Virus record (IMG/VR): IMGVR_UViG_3300042807_000233
Span: 1 to 29,029 of that record
DNA from: a virus
Lineage: Duplodnaviria; Caudoviricetes
Direction: 5' to 3' (one strand)
Length of the DNA: 29,029 nt
Position 1 is the stretch's first letter, and each line of letters starts with the position of its first letter. The notes beneath the pieces are model-generated. The model saw nothing but the letters and a program-made list of their open reading frames with translations. It was not told the origin of the DNA and searched no databases. Positions 1 through 6,074 of the stretch are shown in pieces. The translations under genes were made by a program, and so were the position numbers.

Positions 1-127
1 TTTGGGAGCAGCGAAGAGTGTCTTGAAATCGCTTTGTGTTTTCTTCGCTGGCGTGGTTCTCCATCCAGGCGCGGTTGAGGCTGATTGCCGCTTGCAGTTG
101 CTCGGCGGTGGCTGTGTAGATGTTCAT
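1..127 (-). CDS. Hypothetical protein, N-terminal part (runs off the window edge)
   Basis: ATG at 127 gives MNIYTATAEQLQAAISLNRAWMENHASEENTKRFQDTLRCSQ, open to the edge. It follows a C-rich leader and a putative promoter. Not in the ORF track. Confidence 0.65.
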   Translation of the reverse strand, partial: MNIYTATAEQLQAAISLNRAWMENHASEENTKRFQDTLRCSQ

Positions 128-170
128 AGCTGTCAGTGGCGGTGGAGTGGGGCGGGGATTGCCGACGATC

Positions 171-247
171 TGGCAGGCTCCCCGTGGGCCAGGGGCCGGA
201 GCCCCGGAGGAGGTTCCCCTCCCGGTGCAATCATCGTAACCCGTGGG
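171..247 (-). promoter_or_regulatory. Putative sigma70-type promoter (-10 TACGAT at 238-233) with a hairpin-rich 5' leader
   Basis: TACGAT followed by hairpins GGAGG-GGAA-CCTCC (209-222), GGGGC-TCCG-GCCCC (192-205) and TGGC...GCCA (171-191). CCCGTGGG is repeated at 181-188 and 240-247. Confidence 0.5.
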
Positions 248-278
248 GCACCACCTAGCCACCCATCACCGGGTCAGT

Positions 279-500
279 TCACAAACTGTTGCGCCTCGCA
301 GCCCTGCGCTTGGACATCCGCTGCCGGTTCGCCTCCCGCCCCGCTGGCGAGCGCTTCCAGCAGATGGAGCACAGCGGGGCCGTTCTACGTGACCGCACCA
401 GCCGGTCGCAGGCTGGGCACGGCTGCGGGGCGTCGGGGTCGGGCAGGCCCTGCAGGCGGCGGCGCCAGCGGGCGGTGCGGCGGGTACTTGAGTCAGCCAC
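279..500 (-). CDS. Small basic zinc-finger protein (CxxC...CxxC), possibly nucleic-acid binding
   Basis: 73 aa with CPAC...CSIC and Arg-rich ends. The GTG start overlaps the end of the upstream ORF. Confidence 0.7.
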   Translation of the reverse strand: MADSSTRRTARWRRRLQGLPDPDAPQPCPACDRLVRSRRTAPLCSICWKRSPAGREANRQRMSKRRAARRNSL

Positions 501-657
501 GGCACTCCTCCAGCAGGGCCCGGGCGTCGCGCAGCAGCTGCAGCGCCTGCGTGAGTCGCTGGTCGTACTGCTCGGGCATCAGGCCCAGGGCGGTGAGATC
601 GACGTAGATCCCGGTGAGTTGATCTCGGATCAAGTCGTGCATGTCGTAGTCGGTCAT
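493..657 (-). CDS. Hypothetical protein (54 aa)
   Basis: MTDYDMHDLIRDQLTGIYVDLTALGLMPEQYDQRLTQALQLLRDARALLEECRG; mostly G/C-ending codons; CACGCTGA motif 10 nt upstream. Below the ORF-track size cutoff. Confidence 0.75.
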   Translation of the reverse strand: MTDYDMHDLIRDQLTGIYVDLTALGLMPEQYDQRLTQALQLLRDARALLEECRG

Positions 658-689
658 CGGTGTTCAGTCAGCGTGATGGGGTGGCGAAC

Positions 690-790
690 AGGAGCGCCTG
701 TGAGGCGCGTCAGGCCGGGTGACGGTGTGACACACGCACCACGGCGGTGAGGCGCCTCGCAGGGGCATACAGGCGCCGCTCAGGCGTCCT
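690..790. repeat. Helically phased AGGCGC-like repeats in two arms around a central segment
   Basis: AGG-started GC patches begin at 690, 703, 712 and at 750, 761, 771, 782 (about 10.5-11 bp period). Mostly intergenic. Confidence 0.5.
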
Positions 791-1016
791 GCTCTATGGC
801 ATCGAGCTGGGCGGCCAGGGCAGCCTGCTGCCGCTCCACCAGGGCCGACAGGCGGGCCGTGTGCCGGGCGGTGCGCTGCAGCCGGCGCAGGGCCGTGGTG
901 GGCCGTGGCGCCCACCCGTCCAGCAGTGCGTCCACCCGTGCGTCGGTGGCGGCGGCCTGCTCCAGCAGGGCGTCCACCTCAGCCATCAGGGCGTCGGTGT
1001 CGGTGGCGTGGTTCAT
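780..1016 (-). CDS. Hypothetical helical/coiled-coil protein (78 aa)
   Basis: MNHATDTDALMAEVDALLEQ...LDAIEQDA. Start trimmed from the 172-aa ORF call, whose 5' part overlaps the next gene. Confidence 0.7.
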   Translation of the reverse strand: MNHATDTDALMAEVDALLEQAAATDARVDALLDGWAPRPTTALRRLQRTARHTARLSALVERQQAALAAQLDAIEQDA

Positions 1017-1042
1017 GGCGTGGCGTGTGGTGGGCGGGTCGG

Positions 1043-1243
1043 TCAGACCACCTGGCTGAGCGTGTCGCTCAGTGCCGCCAGGTGGGCGTGCGCAGCGCAG
1101 AGCGTGCGGCGGGTCTCGACCGGGAGCGAGAACCACAGGTCGGTGACCTGCAGCGCTTCGATCGCGTTGAAGGCGTCGGTGCTGTGGTCGTGCGCCTCCT
1201 CTAGGTCGGTGGCGACTGGAGCGGAGAACGTGAGGTCGTCCAT
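1043..1243 (-). CDS. Hypothetical protein (66 aa)
   Basis: MDDLTFSAPVATDLEEAHDH...LSQVV; CACACTGA motif 23 nt upstream, followed by a C-rich leader. Confidence 0.7.
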   Translation of the reverse strand: MDDLTFSAPVATDLEEAHDHSTDAFNAIEALQVTDLWFSLPVETRRTLCAAHAHLAALSDTLSQVV

Positions 1244-1366
1244 GGCGAGTGGTGCGTGGTGCCCCATCAGTGTGCTCCATGTCGTCACTCCGTACCACAC
1301 GCCGCCAACTGATACGGCCGTATTAGATTCGGCCAGACCCGTTGCGCCGCAGTCGATCCCGTCCGC

Positions 1367-1445
1367 GTGTGCCGGTGACGTAGTGGCACACATAAGAACG
1401 AACCGGCACACACCGCGCACACAGTTTCAGAACGAACTGGCACAC
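1367..1445. repeat. GGCACAC-core inverted and direct repeats
   Basis: GTGTGCC-N11-GGCACAC (1367-1391); AGAACGAACCGGCACAC (1395-1411) and AGAACGAACTGGCACAC (1429-1445). A further copy, GTGGCACAC, lies at 1583-1591. Confidence 0.8.
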
Positions 1446-1490
1446 GGTCAGCCGTTTTCTGTATCAGTCCAGCACAGAACAAGGTTACAG

Positions 1491-1504
1491 CGAACAGTTG
1501 TACT
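1491..1504 (-). promoter_or_regulatory. Cyanobacterial-type LexA (SOS) box
   Basis: The minus strand reads AGTACAACTGTTCG, an exact fit to RGTACNNNDGTWCB. Two-mismatch copies lie at 1624-1637 and 1682-1695. Confidence 0.6.
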
Positions 1505-1557
1505 ACCGCTGAGATACATTGCGGCAGCTGGGATTTGAGGAAGTGTATCGGCGTGCG

Positions 1558-1583
1558 CCTGTGGATAACTCAGTTTCCACAGG
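1558..1583. promoter_or_regulatory. Inverted pair of DnaA boxes
   Basis: TGTGGATAA (1560-1568) is the reverse complement of TTATCCACA. GTTTCCACA (1573-1581) is one mismatch from TTTTCCACA. Both lie within the CCTGTGGA...TCCACAGG inverted repeat. Confidence 0.7.
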
Positions 1584-1599
1584 TGGCACACTGTTTCGC

Positions 1600-1617
1600 G
1601 TTACATCCCGTCACAAA
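1600..1617 (+). promoter_or_regulatory. HLR1-like (RpaB-binding) direct repeat
   Basis: GTTACATC-CC-GTCACAAA vs consensus KTTACAWW-N2-KTTACAWW, one mismatch per half. Confidence 0.4.
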
Positions 1618-1701
1618 CAAAGGTGAGCAGATGTACTACAGGCCCAGGCCCGTTGCAGCGCAGGCGTTCTCATTGATAAGTGGTCCGCCCGTACTATCAG
1701 C

Positions 1702-2025
1702 TCACCTACCCAGCACCTGCCGGGCCCACCGTTGCGCCCACCCCTCGCGGCGGCCCCGATTCATCGCCAGCAGTTCCCGCGCCATCTGCCGGTGCTCATT
1801 GCTCGGCGCACCGAACGCGGGGGCATCACCTAGGGCGTTCTGCACCATCAGGTTGGCTGCGGCCCGCTGCAGCTCGGCGATCATGTGCTCTTGCTGGTGG
1901 CAGCGCTGAATCAGCTCATCCGCCAGCTGGTTCAGCTCATCGCGGCTCATCCTCGCCGCCCGCTGCCGATGGTCGGCCATCATCGCCTGCCTCGACAGGC
2001 TGAGGGTGAGATCGAGGCCCAGCAT
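1702..2025 (-). CDS. nblA: NblA-like phycobilisome degradation adaptor with a C-terminal extension
   Basis: LSLSRQ-x12-MSRDEL..LADELIQR...QE..IAEL aligns by eye without gaps to the NblA pattern LSLEQQF-x11-MSHDQA..FLVKLYEQ...RE..YQEL (15 residues between LSL and MS in both). Identity is low and the conserved Phe is missing. Confidence 0.55.
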   Translation of the reverse strand: MLGLDLTLSLSRQAMMADHRQRAARMSRDELNQLADELIQRCHQQEHMIAELQRAAANLMVQNALGDAPAFGAPSNEHRQMARELLAMNRGRREGWAQRWARQVLGR

Positions 2026-2215
2026 GTCCGCAACGCAGTTGGTTCAGTCTGTGCAGTGCGAGCCCCCGCCCTACATCACCGTGGAGCGTGACGCCCGTGG
2101 CGGCGCCTGCTGGGTTGTGGTGGGCTTGGGCACTGAGGTCCGCTGCTACTGCGGCCAGCGAGCGGTGGCGATGCTGGAGATGATGTGCGCCTCTCGCGGG
2201 ATCCCGACGCCTTAG
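2024..2215 (+). CDS. Hypothetical protein (63 aa, Cys-containing); the only credible plus-strand gene
   Basis: MSATQLVQSVQCEPPPYITVERDARGGACWVVVG... exactly fills the gap between two minus-strand genes. CAGGCTGA motif 20 nt upstream on the plus strand. Confidence 0.65.
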   Translation: MSATQLVQSVQCEPPPYITVERDARGGACWVVVGLGTEVRCYCGQRAVAMLEMMCASRGIPTP

Positions 2216-2219
2216 GCGG

Positions 2220-3371
2220 TCATTCGGTGAAGATCGGGAACGACCCGGCAAAGCCCTTGTGGCTGTGCATGAATCGCATCCCCTGCTGCGGGCGCTCGAT
2301 CCGGTAGCCGCTTTGCAGGCCGTAGGGTGCGCATCCTGGCAGGCTGCCGTTGCTGGTGGCCCTGGACCCGAACCCCAGCGTATGGAAGTGGCCGTGGAAG
2401 GTGTGATCAGCCGGCACCGACTGATCCAAGTTCTTGGCGTGTTTGTCCACGTTCCACAATGGCCCCGCCGCGCCGCCGTTGTATCTCACCGAATCGCCAT
2501 GGAAGAATCGCAACCGCTTGCCGTACACGTCCAGGTAGAGGCAGTCAGCATCAGCGATGAACCATTCCAGCCGCGATTCATCCCGGTAATGCCGGCGCAT
2601 TGAGCAGTACGCCAGATGCTCGTAGCTGTTCTCGGTGGCGTTGCTCTGCTGCTTCTTAGTGTTCCGCCCATGGTTGCCCACGTTGCACGGGATCAGGATC
2701 CTCTCCAGGTCGGAATGCTGCAGCAGGTAGTCCAGCCCCCGCACGATCGCCCGTTCACACCTGACGATCTGCTGCGTGGTGGTCAGCGTCTGATTCTGCA
2801 CCGCATCACCGTGTAGCTCCCCTTCAATCAGGTCGCCGCCCAGCCAGATCACGGCCTCCCGAATTGTCGCCGTGCTCCGTTGTCCGTTGATCACCTTCAG
2901 CGCATTGCGGAACACGGCATCTAGCCGGTCGTCGAAAATCTCTGGGTTGAACTCGTTGAGCCCGTTGACGGATGACGGTTTGACGATCTGCCCGCAGTGC
3001 AGATCGGACAGCAGCAGGATCGGCACCGCCTCATCTTTCTGCGGATCCTTTGGCGGGGTGATCGTGCCTTGGTCAAAAATGTCCTTGATTTCAAGCGCCA
3101 CCGTCAGCGCATCCTGCACCGCCTCCAATTTGGCCAGGGCCCTTTCTGCGCTGGCTTTGGCATCCCGCGTCTCTGCCCGCAGCCGGCGCGCCTCCAGCTG
3201 TAGCGCCAGCACATCATCAGCTGTATCGCTGCGCTTGCCGTTGGGGCAGCACCCCGGCTTGCATAAAGGCCGCCGCTGGCCCGACTGTTCAACCCACTCA
3301 ACGGACGATTCAGGAATCCAAGCCCTGCAAACTTTCGACCGGCGACACTGATACGGGCGTTCGGTCGTCAT
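2220..3371 (-). CDS. Calcineurin-like metallophosphoesterase with an N-terminal Cys-rich domain and a coiled coil
   Basis: Motifs SDLHCG, GGDLIEG, GNHG, FHGD and GHFH in canonical order. N-terminal CRRSKVC...CKPGCC, then a heptad-rich helix. Confidence 0.9.
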   Translation of the reverse strand: MTTERPYQCRRSKVCRAWIPESSVEWVEQSGQRRPLCKPGCCPNGKRSDTADDVLALQLEARRLRAETRDAKASAERALAKLEAVQDALTVALEIKDIFDQGTITPPKDPQKDEAVPILLLSDLHCGQIVKPSSVNGLNEFNPEIFDDRLDAVFRNALKVINGQRSTATIREAVIWLGGDLIEGELHGDAVQNQTLTTTQQIVRCERAIVRGLDYLLQHSDLERILIPCNVGNHGRNTKKQQSNATENSYEHLAYCSMRRHYRDESRLEWFIADADCLYLDVYGKRLRFFHGDSVRYNGGAAGPLWNVDKHAKNLDQSVPADHTFHGHFHTLGFGSRATSNGSLPGCAPYGLQSGYRIERPQQGMRFMHSHKGFAGSFPIFTE

Positions 3372-3386
3372 CGCTTTAGGGGGTGA

Positions 3387-3731
3387 TCACGACGGGGGCA
3401 CTTGAGGCTTACCCTCAGTGTGCGGACTACTACCAATCCACCCATCAATTCGCGCTGCACGATGTACGCAGTGCCAGGCCTGGGCCTCAAACCACTCCCG
3501 CCAGTCCGTCGAGGATTTCGCCCCGTTGCAGCGGCGGCATGCCGGTACCAGGTTTTCGGCCACCGTCAGCCCGCCCCGGGAGCGCGGCAGCACGTGGTCG
3601 AGGGTGTCCGCCGGGTCGGTGCAATATGCGCAGGCGTGCTCCCACTCGGCGAAGATCCTGCGCCTGAATCGGGCTTTGGTGGCTTTCTTGGGCTGGAGCT
3701 CGGTCTGATCGATCAGGTGATCGAAGGGCAT
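3387..3731 (-). CDS. HNH endonuclease
   Basis: CAYC...TLDHVLPRSRGG...NLVPACRRCNGAK. Confidence 0.95.
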   Translation of the reverse strand: MPFDHLIDQTELQPKKATKARFRRRIFAEWEHACAYCTDPADTLDHVLPRSRGGLTVAENLVPACRRCNGAKSSTDWREWFEAQAWHCVHRAARIDGWIGSSPHTEGKPQVPPS

Positions 3732-5011
3732 CAGCGCTCAGCGATGACTGCCCACCCCGTGTTCGCGCCTTCCACCATCCACCGTGGGCCGAAGTTCCGC
3801 CGGCTGTACCTGGCGAACCGGGCCACGCCTCCCAGGGTGGTGCCGCTCACCAGATCGGCCTCACCGAACGGGTCGTGCACGACCAGGTGATCATTCGTGT
3901 AGCCCACCACGATCAGCCAGTGACCGCCGCCGGAGGGTGCCGACACCGCGCCGCGGTGCAGGAACCCGACCGGCACGGGCACACCGCGGTTGATCTGCTG
4001 CTCCAGGTCGGCGAGCCCGGCCACCTTGGTGAACTTCGCCCGGATCCCGAAGCTCGACAGCGCCCGAATCTGCGCGGTCGGGTCGGTCGTGTCGCCGTAC
4101 TGCTGGACCCGCTTCAGATACTGATCGTCGCCGTTCGGGCCGGCGAGGGTCCCAGGCTTGAGGTACTGCAGCAGCATGGCGCAGCTGGAGCTGAAACACA
4201 TCCGAGCCGCCTGGGCCCGGTTGGCGCTGTCCATCTGCGCAAACCAGGGCACCTGCAGCGGGTTGCCGTAGCCGGTGGACTGCTGCAGCTCCACCGCCGC
4301 CGCCCCCGCCAGCGAGATCGCCGCCACTGCCCGTGCGAAGTACGCCTCGCGATCGGCTAGGCCGTTGGCGGGGTCGCGGCCGTTGACCTTTGCCGACACC
4401 TGCCGGCAGCTGGCGCCCTGATCCACGAACGCATTGATCGCGTTCAGGTGCCACCAGAACCCGGCGGAGGTGAACGGATACCGGATCGACACGTAGGACG
4501 CCCCGTCCATCACGTCTGGGTCTTTGATGTAGTCGGCGAAGCGCTGGTAGTTGTAGCGGCCCGTGAGCTGAATCGCCCCGGCGCCCTTGAACCGGCGACC
4601 GTCACCGGTGCGGTTGTTCCCCAGGTCCTGCCGGCCCTCGTAGTCGTCGCCGCTGGCGAGCTCCAGCATCCACCGCAGGCCGCCGGATTCGTGGCCGACC
4701 TGGGCCAGGAAGTGCCGGATCCTCGCCGGGGTGTTGATGCTGAACCGCCGCAGGCAGCTGTTCAAGTCAGCCAACTGCGACGCGCTGGGCGATCTGGTGA
4801 ACACCGCCGCGGCCTGGGCCATCGTCACCAGCTCGGCATTTGGTGCCGGCGCTGCAGGGCTCCCCTGTGCCCGCCAGAGGTCGGTGAACTCCTGGCGCTG
4901 CTCAGTGGTGGCCCGCTCCCACGCGGCTTCCCACGCGGCCAGCTGGTGGGGGGTCATTGCGCCGGCACGGGCGACGTGCTCAGCAGCGGCGCGGAAGGTG
5001 GCGAAGGTCAT
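3731..5011 (-). CDS. Endolysin: GH19 (chitinase-class lysozyme) domain plus C39-like cysteine peptidase domain
   Basis: GH19: FLAQVGHESGGL...YEGRQDLGN...GDGRRFKGAGAIQLTGRYNY. C39-like: VPWFAQMD...MCFSSSCAML...GHWLIVVGY...HDPFG. Confidence 0.92.
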   Translation of the reverse strand: MTFATFRAAAEHVARAGAMTPHQLAAWEAAWERATTEQRQEFTDLWRAQGSPAAPAPNAELVTMAQAAAVFTRSPSASQLADLNSCLRRFSINTPARIRHFLAQVGHESGGLRWMLELASGDDYEGRQDLGNNRTGDGRRFKGAGAIQLTGRYNYQRFADYIKDPDVMDGASYVSIRYPFTSAGFWWHLNAINAFVDQGASCRQVSAKVNGRDPANGLADREAYFARAVAAISLAGAAAVELQQSTGYGNPLQVPWFAQMDSANRAQAARMCFSSSCAMLLQYLKPGTLAGPNGDDQYLKRVQQYGDTTDPTAQIRALSSFGIRAKFTKVAGLADLEQQINRGVPVPVGFLHRGAVSAPSGGGHWLIVVGYTNDHLVVHDPFGEADLVSGTTLGGVARFARYSRRNFGPRWMVEGANTGWAVIAER

Positions 5012-5160
5012 TTCAGATCGGGCAGGCGGTCGCCAGTGGCGTGATCAGCGCGGCGGTAGAGCCGGCGCCAGGCGGGCTTGACGACCAGCTCTGCAAAGCC
5101 GGTGGTGAGGGTCCATACCGCCAGCCCCAGCAGCAGGTCAGCGTTCGGGTGCAGCGTCAT
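5008..5160 (-). CDS. Small single-TM membrane protein of the lysis cassette (50 aa)
   Basis: MTLHPNADLLLGLAVWTLTTGFAELVVKPAWRRLYRRADHATGDRLPDLK, with ATGA overlaps at both ends. Not in the ORF track. Confidence 0.75.
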   Translation of the reverse strand: MTLHPNADLLLGLAVWTLTTGFAELVVKPAWRRLYRRADHATGDRLPDLK

Positions 5161-5444
5161 GCGTCGGGGTCGGTGGGGAGGCGCCGGGCGCCGGGTGGGG
5201 AGTCATCCTCGTGGCGGTGCAGTGCCGGGTTCTTAGTCCAGTACCCGACCACTCCGCCCGCAGCCGCGCCTAGGGCCAGGTCAGAGGCGCGGGTGATCAT
5301 GCTGTGGCCCGTCATCCAGCAGCTGTCCAGATCCTTGCCAGCCACACGGCAATCGATGATGTAGCCGACGCCGCCGACGATCGCCAGGCCGGCTGTCACG
5401 GCTCCCAGCCACGCGGGTGCTTGGCGGGTCATGTCGGATTTCAT
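5157..5444 (-). CDS. Putative holin-like protein (two hydrophobic segments)
   Basis: WLGAVTAGLAIVGGVGYII and LALGAAAGGVVGYW with a charged tail. It lies upstream of the endolysin and has two in-frame Met starts (MKSDM). Confidence 0.6.
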   Translation of the reverse strand: MKSDMTRQAPAWLGAVTAGLAIVGGVGYIIDCRVAGKDLDSCWMTGHSMITRASDLALGAAAGGVVGYWTKNPALHRHEDDSPPGARRLPTDPDA

Positions 5445-5632
5445 CGCCCCGCCTCCGCCCGCCGCTCCACGTCCCTAAGCCGCTCTTCGTGGTCTTTGAG
5501 CATCTCTTGAATCCCCCCAAGGATGGTGGTGGTCCGGGCCTCGAATCTGCCCAAGCCGTTGGCGATCTTCCAGAGGGCTGTGACTCCTGCGCCGCACAAG
5601 CCAAGGGCGGTAAGGATGATCTCGGGTCCCAC
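5441..5632 (-). CDS. Small TM plus coiled-coil protein (holin/lysis-associated)
   Basis: N-terminal hydrophobic helix, then ...LKDHEERLRDVE. First gene of the lysis cassette. Confidence 0.65.
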   Translation of the reverse strand: MGPEIILTALGLCGAGVTALWKIANGLGRFEARTTTILGGIQEMLKDHEERLRDVERRAEAGR

Positions 5633-5655
5633 TGGTGCGGCGGCTGTATCTGTGG

Positions 5656-5805
5656 TCAGTCTGCGGAGGCCTGCTCAATCGCCACCACCTGCACCGCCTC
5701 CAGGAACCCCTGCAGCCGCTCAGCGGCCATGCTAAGCAGCAACGCATCACCGCTGGCTCTGGCAGCCGCGTAGGCGTTGATCAGCCTGATCAGGTCGTCC
5801 TTCAT
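5656..5805 (-). CDS. Hypothetical protein (49 aa)
   Basis: MKDDLIRLINAYAAARASGDALLLSMAAERLQGFLEAVQVVAIEQASAD; ATGA overlap with the upstream gene. Confidence 0.75.
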   Translation of the reverse strand: MKDDLIRLINAYAAARASGDALLLSMAAERLQGFLEAVQVVAIEQASAD

Positions 5806-6074
5806 TCCCACGGCAGCCCCGCAGCGGTGGGTGATGGTGTCAGCTGCTCAGCGAGCTTCTGATCGATGCGCAGCAGCTCGGCCTCGCCCAGCGCATCCTC
5901 CAGCCACAGCAAGACGATTTCGGCGTCCAAATCTTCGTAGGGGATCATCGCTTCAGGGTCGGCCGGGGCGATCTCAACACTGCCGTAGACCCTGGCGCTG
6001 CCGGCGGTGCGTTCCCAGTGGATGGTCTGCACCATGCCGGTGTCGGCTTGGCGGTCAAGCTGCAGGATGTTCAT
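5802..6074 (-). CDS. Fibre-associated protein, possible tail fibre assembly chaperone (90 aa)
   Basis: Acidic, with IHW...YGSV...IPYEDL...WLEDALG...GLPW. Coupled directly after a fibre gene. Confidence 0.65.
   Translation of the reverse strand: MNILQLDRQADTGMVQTIHWERTAGSARVYGSVEIAPADPEAMIPYEDLDAEIVLLWLEDALGEAELLRIDQKLAEQLTPSPTAAGLPWE

Larger units (their letters stand above)
1333..1663 (+). repeat. 20-bp imperfect direct repeat pair bracketing the array (1333-1352 and 1644-1663)
   Basis: CCAGACCCGTTGCGCCGCAG vs CCAGGCCCGTTGCAGCGCAG (17/20 identical). Confidence 0.7.
1309..1697. promoter_or_regulatory. Non-coding array of protein-binding sites (control region, origin or genome-end candidate)
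   Basis: Lower GC than the flanks and no credible ORF. Contains an 18-bp near-palindrome (1309-1326), GGCACAC repeats, LexA-box matches, DnaA boxes, an HLR1-like repeat and a bracketing 20-bp imperfect direct repeat. Confidence 0.75.

Noticed and set aside
1367-1445. Possible mini-CRISPR array
   Set aside because: Only two 17-bp repeats with a 17-bp spacer, and no cas genes.
1450-1550. NtcA box among the GTATC/GATAC half-sites
   Set aside because: No GTA-N8-TAC with correct spacing was found by eye.
1384-1600. TGGCAC copies read as sigma54 promoters
   Set aside because: No correctly spaced TTGC at -12, and cyanobacteria lack sigma54.
3387-3731. HNH as an intron-encoded or defence nuclease, or as proof of a cos end
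   Set aside because: It is a short free-standing ORF coupled to the endolysin, with no split gene around it and no terminase in the window.
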